From assembly GCA_030141605.1 (NCBI GenBank), contig JAQGDQ010002383.1, positions 124,001 through 188,000 of the forward strand: 64,000 nt of DNA. Direction: 5' to 3'. Position numbers and translations under genes: made by a program. The notes below the pieces were generated by a model that worked only from the letters and a program-made list of their open reading frames with translations, was not told where the DNA came from and searched no databases. Positions 1 to 11,744 of the stretch are shown in pieces (positions within the stretch are counted from its first letter, which is position 1; the number at the start of each line of letters is the position of its first letter). This DNA is from Tubiluchus corallicola (lineage: Eukaryota > Animalia > Priapulida).

Positions 1-228
1 AAATGCTATACTCGAAAGCAGATCTAACTGGTAATAGCTATAGTTTTAGTTCCGCTTGATTGTGCCAAACCATATGATCAGAATCAGCGTGCTTCCTCAA
101 ACGATACTTTCCTTCCAGCGAATTTCTCAACTCCCGTGCGCCATCTGCCGGCAGAAGTCGAAAAAATTTCGCGCATGCTGCAGGTATATTGAAGCTGCCT
201 TGCTTTGCGAATTGCTGAAAATGAAGCT

Positions 229-242
229 GTTTCCGTGGCAAC
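229..242. promoter_or_regulatory. RFX X-box-like motif (GTTTCCGTGGCAAC)
   Basis: Near-palindromic match to the RFX consensus GTNRCC-N2-RGYAAC in a locally CpG-rich stretch (1-270); target gene not identifiable inside the window. Confidence 0.35.
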
Positions 243-914
243 GGCAAGGTGCGTGTTGGTGTGATCGCGTAGGGAATTACATTATTCCCGTTTTGGTTTG
301 GTTATTGTTGTATGATATATGACAAAAAATGCAATAATGCTGATGAGCTTTTGTCACTTTAGTGAATTAACGGCCAAAACATGAAATGCAACAATTTGCT
401 TATAAAGGTAGGCATTGTTTTGTGTCTAAAAATTCTTTTTATTCTTAAAGTTTTATTCTTATTCTTTGTACATAGTCATGTCCTTGTAATTATTGTTATC
501 ATAAATTCGGTATTAATTGTAATTACTACCAGGGTTTGTCTCGGTGTACTCGCGTTACAAAAGTACGTATCATTTAGCTCAAGAAATAAAATTTGATTGC
601 CTTATATAACCACTAGTACGCTTTACTATGTGTTTAAAGCATTTGGATTAAACATGAAAAGGTTAAAAGTTTGTTAGTTTCGCATTAATAAATGCGCAAA
701 TTCACATTAACTACGAAGTAGGCTTATGAAAACCAAAAAAATACACTTGGATATGAATATGGGCTCTTTTTACAAGTCCAAGCATTTTGGCTCGACACAA
801 AGTCTTAAATCCATGATACGGTATCACATATATTCGCTACTTTATGAACTATAGGCCTACAGTATCATTCACTTTCCGATTGGTTTCAGAGCTACATTTG
901 TTTTAATTAATCAT

Positions 915-1297
915 TAGGGGTGAGCATCGAACGTTCGAGTTCGAACTCGATTCGAATCCAAAACTGTAGATTCAAATAATTCAGCACTTCAATCACATAT
1001 GTTCCTGATCACTAAAACGATTGAAACAACATGCAATTAGCGTAATTTAGCAGTGATTTCTGTGCACAATTTTAAACAAATTACTAGTCGTTTTATTGCA
1101 GAACAAAATCTAGTGATACACATGATCTTTGTAAGACTAATTTTTACTGGTGGTTCGAAAACTTGTTCGAAAATCATTCAATCTCAATTCGACTTCAGTT
1201 CGAATTTGAAACACTGAAGTTCGGTTAGATTCGAATTCGAAAGTCAGAAATTCGGTTCGATTCGAATTCGCTTTCTGGTAGAGAATGCTCACCCCTA
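915..1297. mobile_element. Non-autonomous hAT-type MITE (383 bp)
   Basis: Perfect 13-bp TIRs TAGGGGTGAGCAT (915-927) / ATGCTCACCCCTA (1285-1297); 8-bp TSD ttaatcat (907-914) / ttaatcac (1298-1305); many subterminal TTCGAA palindromes at both ends. Confidence 0.85.
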
Positions 1298-1310
1298 TTA
1301 ATCACAAGCT

Positions 1311-1390
1311 GCTGCCTGCGCGTAGTGATTTAAGATGTTACACTCGTGACCAAAAGGTCGCCAGTTCAAATCCAAATTCAGTCAGGACTT
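1311..1390 (+). mobile_element. tRNA-derived SINE head / tRNA pseudogene fragment
   Basis: A-box-like cgtagtgatt and B-box-like gttcaaatcc at tRNA-like spacing; no intact cloverleaf. Confidence 0.4.
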
Positions 1391-2029
1391 TTATATTTCT
1401 TTCCTTCAGTTAAGTTTGTTCCAAAATTTTAACAACCTTACCTTTGCTGCATAAGTTTTGATAATCTTTAAACTGTGATCGTAGACAGTAAAAAATTGTT
1501 TATTTACTAAATAAACATCAACACAAAACTAACAGCTGAACAGCTTACGTACTTAGTGAACTTTTTAAGAAAATCAACATTTTCATTATCAGTCATTTGC
1601 AGGTTACCAATTAATGCGATTATCTGAGGATATAAAAATGTTATAAAATTTGTTACATGATGGATTATTTATCATACAGAAGATGTTTTTGAAGTTCCAA
1701 AAAAAATTCAAAACTGTATATGTTAAACATATTAGAAACATCAGAATTGATATAAAGTAAGAATGATGAATTTCATTTATCTTTTTCATTTATATATACA
1801 CTGGTACAGAGTAAAGCATTTTACATCATACATAAAATCAGTGTACAACCAGTCAGTGACAGACTGATGTACACTATGTACAGTTGTGTCAGTCAGTCTA
1901 AGTTAAAAATCATAAGAATAAAAACATTAAAATACAACATTACATAACTACAAATTTATCTACATGACGACATGATAGTGACTTATGAAATATGGTAAAT
2001 TTTAATATTTTTTGATACTTTTTGCTACT

Positions 2030-2772
2030 TTTTGCCATGCAAGTTTCCGTATGAGTCGCATATTTTTATAGTATAGACACTTATATTATGATGAATTTGT
2101 GAGTCTAGAGCGTTATGCGTTTTTGATATTCTCAATTATTGATGAATTCTACTTTATCGCTTTTATGTAAGGGTCTTTTGTGAGTTAGCAGTTTGTTTTT
2201 AGTTCTGTTTTAAACGTTGTTAATCCGTCTTTTGATTTTCTACTTAAGAGTGCTGAATTCCATAAGTTGATTTTTGTTTTGCTTATCGAATTGTGTCCAT
2301 ATTTTTTGTAAGTAACTGTTTTAGATTATAGGTGCGTTCGTTTTTATGTTTATCGGGGTAAATAATAAACCATTTTCTTTGAAAACTGGAATTATATCAT
2401 TTATATATTTAAATAGAAATATTAAGGAATGGTAATAAATGTTTGATTCTATATTGGGTATTCTTAATTTTTTTCTATTAGTGGCTGAGTACATATGGTG
2501 TTAATTTATTTTCTTAGAAAAGTGGCCTAGTACATGTTTGAGCGCATAATTTTGAGTTGTATCTAGTCTACCTGTTTGGGTTTAGAAATGTTTTCAAGTA
2601 GATGGCAGCCATAAGTTAAATGAGGCATTATTAATCTTTTGTATATTAGTAGTTTGATTTCAATAGTAACTTTGGTATCAATAATAAGCTGTTTAAATAT
2701 TAAACGTTCCCCAGCTTCCTCAATTCCAGAGCTCTCTGTTCTATTTTTGTTTAAATTTAATTTTGCTTTCAA
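2030..2772 (-). mobile_element. Degenerate non-LTR retrotransposon ORF2 fragment (post-RT region)
   Basis: Minus ORF 2563-2772 reads KLLIYKRLIMPHLTYGC, typical of the thumb region downstream of LINE RT; stops and frameshifts follow; boundaries approximate. Confidence 0.55.
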
Positions 2773-3839
2773 TGCGATCTTGACTTAAAGAAGCTGGTGT
2801 CCAAAAATAACAATGAAAATTATTACACATAGTTTTTGTCAATTTTTTTTGTCATAAAGATGTAATATATTTTGTTTCAATGTATGCAATATTAATTGAT
2901 TGCACTACAGCCCAACAATGATAATGGTTATTACTGTGTGAGTAAAACTAGTAATTTTCTCTTAATAATTTGCTGTCCAAAAATTTAGATATATAAAAAT
3001 TTAGCTGAAAGGAAGATGACAGTTATAAGGCAACGACATTTTATATAACTGCTCGTGGACCAAGTGTGTTACATACCAGGTAATCAAATTTAAAAACAAA
3101 TAAAACTAATAAACCATTAAATGGTCATAACCGTGGTAAAATCAGTGCAAAGGTACAACCCCGGATGATAAATGGACAATTTGTCAAAAACGAACATTTA
3201 ATGACGTTTTCAGTAAGTAGGTAAACGCAAAGAAAAGCAGCAGCTAATATATTTTATTCTATACAATTTTATGCTGTGTATAGTTTTTAGGCCACGCCTA
3301 TGTAGGGTATAATTATATTGCAGTTCGGTTAATTACAAGTTTAGCAAGTTACATGCTGTACTTCTACTTGCAGTATTATTTATGATAATTGTCCATAATA
3401 ACAAATGTATTGCAAATGACAGCATAATGCTGCTTACCATCAACAAAGCTACAACGCTGGAATTATGAATCTGTTGTGTAACAGCTATGCAATACACACT
3501 GCCAAAGACAAACACTTGCTGGTTACAGGTTATAATAATAAATAAAGAATAACCCATTCTTCAAGTTTCACTCGTTTTTCACTGTCATTTTCTGTTAATC
3601 TACCCAGCAATAACCCTAAATTACATGAGTCAGAGACACGTAGGGGTTTTTGCTTTTCTAGGCCAACGAATGCAGATCATTTTACCTAGATTATGACTGA
3701 GTAACACATTGTAGCCAATCTAGGTACTATTTAGTAATATTGTGCAATTTTTAAATGTTAGTTTGGACTTTAGAATACCCGTATGAATTAAGACAGCTAA
3801 ATTAAGTAGCGCTGTAAATAAACTTGCAAGAAAAATATA

Positions 3840-3913
3840 TGGCCAGTACGGGGGTCGAACCCGCGACCTTAGCGTTATTAGCACCACGCTCTAACCGACT
3901 GAGCTAACCGGCC
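3840..3913 (-). tRNA. tRNA-Ile(AAT): tRNA-Ile (anticodon AAT)
   Basis: Minus strand reads GGCCGGTTAGCTCAGTCGGTTAGAGCGTGGTGCTAATAACGCTAAGGTCGCGGGTTCGACCCCCGTACTGGCCA; all four stems pair (with G:U), A and B boxes intact, T5 Pol III terminator at 3831-3835. Confidence 0.95.
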
Positions 3914-4794
3914 AAGTATACTAACAGGAAAGCAATAAAACTTGCTGAAACATCGCTTACTAACAGATAGCAGTGCACATGCGCTTTCGCAATATGTACT
4001 ATGCGCAGAATCATTGTACAGAATTTATATCGCTCCCCGCGACCTACGTCGCTGGTTGTTCAGCTATTTACTAAAAATTGTTCTTGCATAGTGGCTGCAG
4101 TAATCGCTAGCCACTGGCAAATGTTACATTTACTGTGTTAATTATTAAGCTAATAATTTATTGTAGCTAACTACGTAGTGTGTTCAAATATTATCATATA
4201 AGAAGTTTTAACTTTCTTAAAAGAATTATTAATAATTTTTATACGATTCGGCACACTTGTTCAAAGCCAAAATTCAGCATTTAGTCTAAGTTAGGTATAA
4301 GTGCTTTCAGTGCACTGTTCCTGCGACATAGGCCTATTAATTGTATTTATAGGCCTAATTATATTACTAAATCGAATAACAGTCAATAACAGTTCTGTGT
4401 ATAACAATATAGGTACTACCTGGTACATACAAAAGAAACAAAACTGAATTAAACGTTTATGAGAAAATAATTACCAAATGTCACGTCACTAGTTTAAACA
4501 GACAGAAGCACAAGTAAATAAAAAAGAAATCTGTAAAAAAAAATAACAAAAAACTTTGTTAAAGGCTAGTAATGAAAATTAATAAACCTATGCAAAAACC
4601 GTGATAAATGAAAGAGGAAAACAGGGAAGGCAAAACGAAAAAACGGCACCTATGAAGTGGTACTTTTTTCTGTCGTATTTATTCGAGATAATTACACTGA
4701 TATAGGAACAAATTTTCAAGTTTCACTCACAATTATCAACATAACTTATCTTGCCTATTTTAAATTTTTCTAGTGCTGATGACACCATGACGGC

Positions 4795-5085
4795 ATAGGC
4801 GAACGGGCCGATTTTTTCAGGAGGGAGGGTAAGCCACTTTTGCCGGAAAAATTCAGGGTCACCTCCGCGTCGGGAATTGCCTCACCACACCCCATGATAA
4901 AAAAATGTCCGAATTTCGGGCACTTCATTTGGCAGCATGGAGAAATTGCGAGATTTCCTTTTATGAAAAATATTATTTTATAGTAATTTCGGTGCCCGAA
5001 AAAAATGTGTTTGCCCGAATCCGGGCGGGGGAGGCTGCAGACAAACAGCCACCCCCCACCCCCAACCCTTGCTCGTGCACGTCGG
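4795..5085. mobile_element. Degenerate GC-rich-ended MITE
   Basis: Starts CATAGGCGAACGGGCCG; G-rich left end and C-rich right end (ggctgcag...cccc...gctcgtgcac); internal repeated ccgaaaaa motifs; right TIR decayed. Confidence 0.45.
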
Positions 5086-5909
5086 CTGTATTGTTTAAGA
5101 ATTTTGTGTTAAGCCAATGATACACGGCCGCCACAAGACAAACCGGCAGACGTCGGCCGTGATAAAATGACCGCCCAAATTAGACTACATTAATTTCAAA
5201 TCAAAGATGAAACGCGGAGTTTATGGAAGTGGCCGTGAAGACAGCAGCCGTTCTAAAACAGAAATGAGTTCTATTTTGTACAGTATGCACCAGCCGGCCA
5301 AGGGTTTTATCCAATCAGGGATCAGTATTCCAGCATTGGTTTTTGCTTTTCCCGCGACGTATTGTAACACGGTATGCATGAATGCTGTACGTATAATAGA
5401 TAGATGGTTTATGTTAAGTGAATTTAACTTAAGCCTGAAGAATACTTGCATCATGCATTTAACAGAAGCCATGTAACCATTTAAACTTGATTTAATAAGT
5501 TCACTATTTTACTTGACAAAAATTCCGCAGTTTTTAGCGTAACCTTATGCAACGGTTCAATACTATGCAAGATGTATTTCCGTTTTTCCCACTTAAATTG
5601 TAATGTGATGGTCGATATCAGAAAACTTCAGAATTTTTCAAAAACCAAACCGAATCGCGGATGTATGGCTGAATTTCAGTAGACTCCGGGCCAAATCAGG
5701 AGGATGGCAACCCTAGCAGTGATACAAAAATTGAACTTAAAAAACAAGATAACCCACTAAACAATTGATTATAGATCTAAATTTCAACGTTAAAACACTA
5801 CCCATGAGTACTTAAAACTAAACAGTGACGAAATGTTTGGCTGTACGGTCGTCATTAATGCTGCGCTCCCTTCTACACGGACGGCTGCGTATCAGATCTT
5901 TCGTTAGTT

Positions 5910-7570
5910 TGATTGAATGATTGAATATCTTTATTGACATAAACATATGATAATAACGATGTAATAATTCATGTGTTAATTAATACTGTAAAATGTTATT
6001 AAAGCTGTTTCCAGCCCACTTGGGCTTACAAGTCAATTTCATGAAAATTTATCACATAATAACTGTGCAGTTCATTTACATAGAATATCAAATAAAAGAA
6101 TATATATAATATGGAATTTTAACATATACCTGAATGGACAAGTCATGTATTAAATATATATCTTGCTTTGCCTCATTCTAAAAATCTTATAAGCATATTT
6201 TGCAGTCCTAAGGACATTCTCTTCTGACATAATATATTTCCATTTATTTACATTATCTAATTGTTCCGGGTCCATGTTAATATCTTGGAAAAATTCTTCT
6301 CTCTCTAGTCTATAATGTGTACAAACAAACATAAAGTGAGATTCATCTTCTACATCTCCACAGCAACATATCTTACACAAACGTTCACCAACCTTAACAT
6401 TTCTAAACCTACCATGCTCCAGTTCCAGGGGAAGAGTACCACTTCTTAGCTTTGCAAGCACAGACCTGTATTTTCCTTGCATATTAATATAAACATATGG
6501 TTCTACTCCAAAGCTGTTCTTATACAATATATATGTTCTAAGTTTAGGGTAATCTGCATTTTTTGCTTTCCAATCAACACATTGTTTCTCATACAGCTGT
6601 GCCCATGCTCTGCTAAGAGGTACAGTATCCATATTAACAAAAGCTTGCTGGAACCCTGCTTCCTCTAGGACTTTAGAAATTTCATATGACCAACCAACGT
6701 TGGTATTACAGTCCCAAAGAAATATTCTCTTAACAAGTCTAGAATTATCAAGTGTTAAAAGACGATTCCAATACCTTATCATAGATGACTTTCTTCTAAC
6801 TGAAGATGGTGACCATCCCATATCACCCTGTATACATTGATTAGCAGCAAAATTATGAACACCAAGAAATATTCTTAATGCCTTATTCTGGACAGTATCA
6901 ATTTTAGGGTACTTGTTATATCCCCATACTTCTGAACCATAATCAAGTATAGGACATACACCTGCATTGAATAACTTAGTAAAAGAATAATAACCCAGCC
7001 CATTTAACTTTTTATATTTACCAATCAAGGCATCCAGTGCTCTACTGCCTGAGTCTGCCAGTACTAGTGCTGTAACCTTATAATCTAAATGTTCATTAAG
7101 ATAAATCCCCAGATACTTATACCTATCTACAGTGCTCAAAATCTGATCACTAAGTTTAAATAGTACATCAGTTTGATTCACTTGGGGTTTTCTGAAATGG
7201 ACAACATTTGACTTTTTACTGTTAAATTTGATTCTCCATTTCTTTCCCCACTCAGTGATCTTATCTAACATTTTCTGAAGATCTTCTTCAGATTCTGCTA
7301 AAATTACAACGTCATCAGCATACATTAAAATACAAATCTTATCATTACCAACAGGAATACCAATATTTAGGGACTTTACATCATCTGCCATATCATTTAT
7401 ATACCAGCTGAACAGGGTTGGTGACAAAGTGTCTCCCTGCCTGACACCATATTCACATTTAAATTTATCAGTGAGGATACCATTTAGATTCACAGCACTA
7501 TAGGTATCTGAAAGAATATTCTTAATGCTGCTATACATTTTGCCATCCACTATTACATGTTAGTAATAAA
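5910..7570 (-). mobile_element. 5'-truncated LINE (RTE-X-like, clade tentative) with 3' UTR and tandem-repeat tail
   Basis: Contains RT ORF 6150-7550; 3' end on minus strand reads AATAAAgatATTCAATCATTCAATC (polyA signal plus short tandem tail, about 5910-5935); no endonuclease domain upstream. Confidence 0.85.
6150..7550 (-). CDS. LINE ORF2 C-terminal part: reverse transcriptase domain plus C-terminal CCHC zinc knuckle (truncated)
   Basis: GVRQGDTLSPTLF, YADD, KYLG motifs; C-terminal CKICCCGDVEDESHFMFVC; 466 uninterrupted codons. Confidence 0.9.
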   Translation of the reverse strand: MDGKMYSSIKNILSDTYSAVNLNGILTDKFKCEYGVRQGDTLSPTLFSWYINDMADDVKSLNIGIPVGNDKICILMYADDVVILAESEEDLQKMLDKITEWGKKWRIKFNSKKSNVVHFRKPQVNQTDVLFKLSDQILSTVDRYKYLGIYLNEHLDYKVTALVLADSGSRALDALIGKYKKLNGLGYYSFTKLFNAGVCPILDYGSEVWGYNKYPKIDTVQNKALRIFLGVHNFAANQCIQGDMGWSPSSVRRKSSMIRYWNRLLTLDNSRLVKRIFLWDCNTNVGWSYEISKVLEEAGFQQAFVNMDTVPLSRAWAQLYEKQCVDWKAKNADYPKLRTYILYKNSFGVEPYVYINMQGKYRSVLAKLRSGTLPLELEHGRFRNVKVGERLCKICCCGDVEDESHFMFVCTHYRLEREEFFQDINMDPEQLDNVNKWKYIMSEENVLRTAKYAYKIFRMRQSKIYI

Positions 7571-7599
7571 ATAATTTGTTCGTAATTTGTCTGTATTAA

Positions 7600-7719
7600 A
7601 GGAATAGCTGGTATTCAACATAGGGCAGATCCAGACTGCTACTTGTTGCAGAGCCAGAATTCAGACCACACCTGTTTGTCAAGGATAAACCTGTGAGACG
7701 AGATAGTGAAAAAATACAG
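7600..7719 (+). other. Probable non-coding first exon of the Ly6/three-finger gene
   Basis: Strong donor CAG|GTAAGT at 7719/7720; matching acceptor ttctgtag at 8183-8190 just upstream of ATG 8221; 5' start unknown. Confidence 0.45.
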
Positions 7720-8220
7720 GTAAGTAATTCTACCTCTGCCTGCATAATCAGATGCACACCGTGGATGTCTCTACGACTTAACCAGACTAGGTCCCTCAAC
7801 GACTTAGCGAGAGAAATAACCTGCGAATGGCGCATCATTTTACTAAATAGGTCGAGTTCTATGACTGCTTAACCATGGCTTCGCATTATCTACGAAGCTC
7901 CATTTAACCATTATTATTGCCCTAAACATAGTCTGTTAATTTATTCATTATGATTCATAGAATCGGTTAGTAGATTATATTGATATTAAAGCATGTTTTT
8001 TGGTATCTGTGAGAAATTCACGAATCCCACTTCAAACTTTTCAAGCTAATGAACATAAATAAATCAAAGTTCTTGTAACGCGTTTTCATCATTGATGGTT
8101 GCACAAATCATGTTGATGTCAGATAGCAACACTTAACAAGTATGTCAGATAACTTAATTAATAAACATTTTCATTGTGGTAGTTCTGTAGATTGCTGATG
8201 CCGATAGCTTAGCCTTCAAG

Positions 8221-8275
8221 ATGTTTGACAAGAAAGTTGCTTTGTGTCTAACATTGTCCATTCTCTGGCTGCAAA
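8221..8275 (+). CDS. Ly6/uPAR three-finger protein, coding exon 1 (signal peptide)
   Basis: ATG...MFDKKVALCLTLSILWLQ then phase-1 donor A|GTAAGT. Confidence 0.75.
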
Positions 8276-8518
8276 GTAAGTAACTCAGCATAAAAAAGTT
8301 GTTTTTGATTTTGGTAAATTTGCTAACCTTTAGTCGTAACTCAAGCCGGTCGCCTGATAGTGATTCGACTCTCTACTATAGACTTTATAATGGTGGTCAG
8401 AAAATACTAAATTTCAAACGTTGACTCTCACGTTTTTATATAATTTCCAGTGTACTTCAGGACCGAGTAACGTCTACACTAGCTCAGCAATTTTGGAGGA
8501 GATAGATTATACAGACAG

Positions 8519-8733
8519 AAAAATACTAATTTTAGAAGTTTAGTAGAAAAGTACTAATTTTAGAAGTTTAGTAGAAAAGTACTAATTTTAGAAGTTTAGT
8601 AGAAAAGTACTAATTTTAGAAGTTTAGTAGACAAGTACTAATATTAGAAGTTTAGTAGAAAAGTACTAATTTTAGAAGTTTAGTAGACAAGTACTAATTT
8701 TAGAAGTTTAGTAGACAAGTACTAATTTTAGAA
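8519..8733. repeat. 28-bp minisatellite, about 7.7 copies (intronic)
   Basis: Unit AAAAGTACTAATTTTAGAAGTTTAGTAG in tandem; a diverged single copy near 8977-9000. Confidence 0.9.
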
Positions 8734-9466
8734 TTTTAAGTTTTATGACCGTTGTTAGGCATTTTTAACGCACAGCTATAGGTCAGATCCTACCTGCTGT
8801 GTAAGCTTTGTTCGAATCGTTTCAGAGATATCGGAGAAAGAGCAAACAAACACAAACAGTCAGACAGATAAAAATTCTAAATTTTGACTCCTACAACTTT
8901 TAGATAATTGTTCATTGTATCACAATATCCAGTTGCGTCTTCACTACCTCAGGAATAGAGATAGATTTTGAAGTCAGAAAAGTACCAATCTTAGAAGTTG
9001 TTTTTATGCCGCAGGTAAGCGATCGTTGTCAGCATGGCCCCACAGTTTTTTACTGTATAACAAGTGTTCAGGCTGGCTTGGTTGCTTGCTTGGTTGGTTG
9101 GAATTGTATCAGCCGTCCCCGAGGAGTAGCGTGCAGAGGTAGGCAGGAAGGCGGGCGGACAGACAGGCGAACAGACTGATGCGACTGAGAATAAAAGTTG
9201 GCTAAGTTGTGTTGTCTAATAGGTTAATTAGAGAAATGATAAACGGTATGAAAGCAATGTCAAAGCTTGAAAAGTGCGAAGAGAGAGAAAAAAGAGAAAG
9301 AGAGAGACAGATAGAAAGAGAAGGAGAACAGAAAAGGGAATAGAAGAGATGGTAAAATAATAATTTTTTGTAGTAAAATTAACAGGTAAGTTGCAATTTA
9401 TATCTGTCTGTAACAAATTATGGCTCACCTACTGAGACGGAACTAATGTTTATTTTTGCTTTGCAG

Positions 9467-9669
9467 CACTGTCATATACAACCGAAGGAAGCTCATCAAA
9501 TGCAAGATATGGAATCCCTTTATTAGACTTTGAAGATTACTTGCAGTGTTATGAATGTGAAGTATCGTTTCGCAAGACGTACAATACGAATGATACCTGT
9601 TTTAGTGAAGATAGACTCATCAATAGCAGCTATTGGGTATTTTGCCCGAAAAAGTACAATACCTGCCAG
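9467..9669 (+). CDS. Ly6/uPAR three-finger protein, coding exon 2
   Basis: Acceptor ttgcag (9461-9466), phase 1 in; reads TLSYTTEG...LQCYECEV...DTCF...FCPKKYNTCQ; donor CAG|GTAACT, phase 0. Confidence 0.85.
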
Positions 9670-9871
9670 GTAACTACTATAGTTATTACTAATGTGTTAT
9701 ATGTGGGTCTTAAACGTCATAGTTAATATCTATCCTCTGGGTAATTTGCTTATGACTGTTCTTGCAGCTTCAAATTTGCATGTTACAGACATTTCTGCAG
9801 ACAAGTTCTTTACTTTGCTGAGGTGACTTGAACTGCCCAAATTAATACTATAATTAATATTCAGCACTAAA

Positions 9872-10130
9872 GCAGGTTAATAGCTGAGTGGTGACGTTCG
9901 TGTGTCTCACGACCGAAGTTACGCAACGCTACCGCCTGGGCTCGAATTCGATACTTGCCCTTGGCCATATATCACTCTCCATAGTGTTTTTGGTTGCTGG
10001 CCTTGTGCTTTTGTATCAAAACATGGCTAAGACGCCCCTTCTGGTTCAGTAGCTCACTTGGGTTGCACTTAAGGTTACTGACACGAGGTAAGACGCCGAT
10101 CTCGCCATAAACACCACCTTAAAGTGATCC
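9872..10130 (+). mobile_element. Degenerate tRNA-derived SINE (intronic)
   Basis: A-box-like tagctgagtgg, B-box-like ggctcgaattc, followed by a GC-richer body. Confidence 0.4.
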
Positions 10131-10455
10131 CGCTGTTTAATGCTGCATTCCTGCTAGCATTGCTCCGCATTATGCAATACAATAATGTATGAGAAACTTA
10201 TCATTGCTGTTGTTTTTCCGGCTAGTGAAGCGAATGATGTTGCACAACAAAGCCACGTTCACACCTCGAATTCGCTCCGGCAAATCAGAATTATACGAAC
10301 CCTTGTGCAAGAGGTGACATGGTTTGGCAATTCGTCACTACACTTGCAACAAAAAGTGTTTATTTTATGCCTTTTTATTACTAATATCAAATCTAAAATT
10401 TATATCACTTTCAATTGGCATAATTATTAAAATTTATTTTACGTTATTTTTGTAG

Positions 10456-10686
10456 ACGGAGAGAAGAGAAGTGAATGGGGTTCTTGTTCTCCTCCTGCGG
10501 AGATGTGCTAAAGAATGTGAACCTGGCTGTGAGCTGAGTGGTTATGGAGTGACAATAAAATCATGCATTTCCTGTTGTAATTCAACTCTTTGCAACGTGG
10601 ACAATTTTGCCTTACTGATGTTGCCGTCCAGAACTACGATAACAGCAGTGCTGCTGATGTTGTTATATTATGAATATTTAATTTAA
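10456..10686 (+). CDS. Ly6/uPAR three-finger protein, last coding exon (LU domain end, GPI-signal-like tail); full protein 162 aa, 12 Cys in LU domain (LYPD6 / U-scoloptoxin05-like pattern)
   Basis: Acceptor ttttgtag (ends 10455), phase 0; RRCAKECEPGC...KSCISCCNSTLCN followed by a hydrophobic C-terminus and TAA; AATAAA at 10988-10993. Confidence 0.85.
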   Translation, partial: TERREVNGVLVLLLRRCAKECEPGCELSGYGVTIKSCISCCNSTLCNVDNFALLMLPSRTTITAVLLMLLYYEYLI

Positions 10687-11744
10687 TTCCATTTCGTTTT
10701 ACATTTTATTATGGAAACTGCCGTACACAGCTCATCCTTACATTATGCCCCACATTGCTGGTACCGTGCAACCGAGAAAGCACTTTGCAAAACGGTTTTA
10801 TGAAATTCCATGTAGCATGTAAAAATAGTAGAACCTCGACAATTAAATTTGTAACCAAACATACGTTAAATGCCGTAAACTCAATAATGTTTTTCAACTT
10901 GTATAAAACTGTTATAAAAATAATGTACCCTGAAAGATGTACATTTTCATGTATTATCTCGTAAGATTATGAAAGGCAGCTAACGATAATAAACTTAACT
11001 AAAGACTGCATAAGTTGTATAGAAAATACAAATCTTAATTTTTATCAAAGTATCAATTGAGAGAAACGTTAGAATATGTGGGGATCTTTTTAAATTAATT
11101 GCTTTGTCTTCTTGTATGAAAATAACTTCACTACTTTTTTGTTGTTGTCAGTTTTTAATATATTTAATATACTTTTGCTAATAGTCTACTAACTTCTTTT
11201 AATTGAATCACTTATGTAACTTGACTGTACACGTGTGTTCGAAAATAAATGATGTTAATAATAACAGTTTACCTGCTAGTCATAATGTTGCTGCTTCTGT
11301 TACTGGTGCTGCTGATGACGATGATAATAATAATGGTGATGACATGATGGCATGTATTATGGCACTGGCGATGATGATGACACGACTGTGATAGTGATGG
11401 TGAGAGAGACAGTGATGATGACTGAGATTATGGTGATGAAGACGATGAAGACAATGACGAACGGTGATTAATTTCTTCATTTTACTGGCAGCACCAACAA
11501 TAATTTAGTTAATTTTGAGTTCAGTTTGGTATCATGATATTATGTTATTAAACTTTAGTAATTCTATTTAGATGTAACCATATTGTAGTATCATTTTACA
11601 TTAAGAAAGATTATACATTATATTTTGTGTATACTTAATGTTGCCATAATATTTTGCGATAAATTAAACATAATTTCTTTTTCTCTATGAAAGTTAACAT
11701 GTTTCCTGACGAATGCTCGCTGGTAAAAAACATTGGTGTAGCTA

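Noticed and set aside
85-177. MREI start resembling beta-tubulin
   Set aside because: Sequence after MREI has no tubulin similarity and stops after 30 codons.
1604-1789. Possible 3' end of another LINE ORF2
   Set aside because: Only faint resemblance; too degenerate to support.
8519-8733. 28-bp repeat array as possible CRISPR
   Set aside because: Head-to-tail tandem units without unique spacers; eukaryotic intron; no cas genes.
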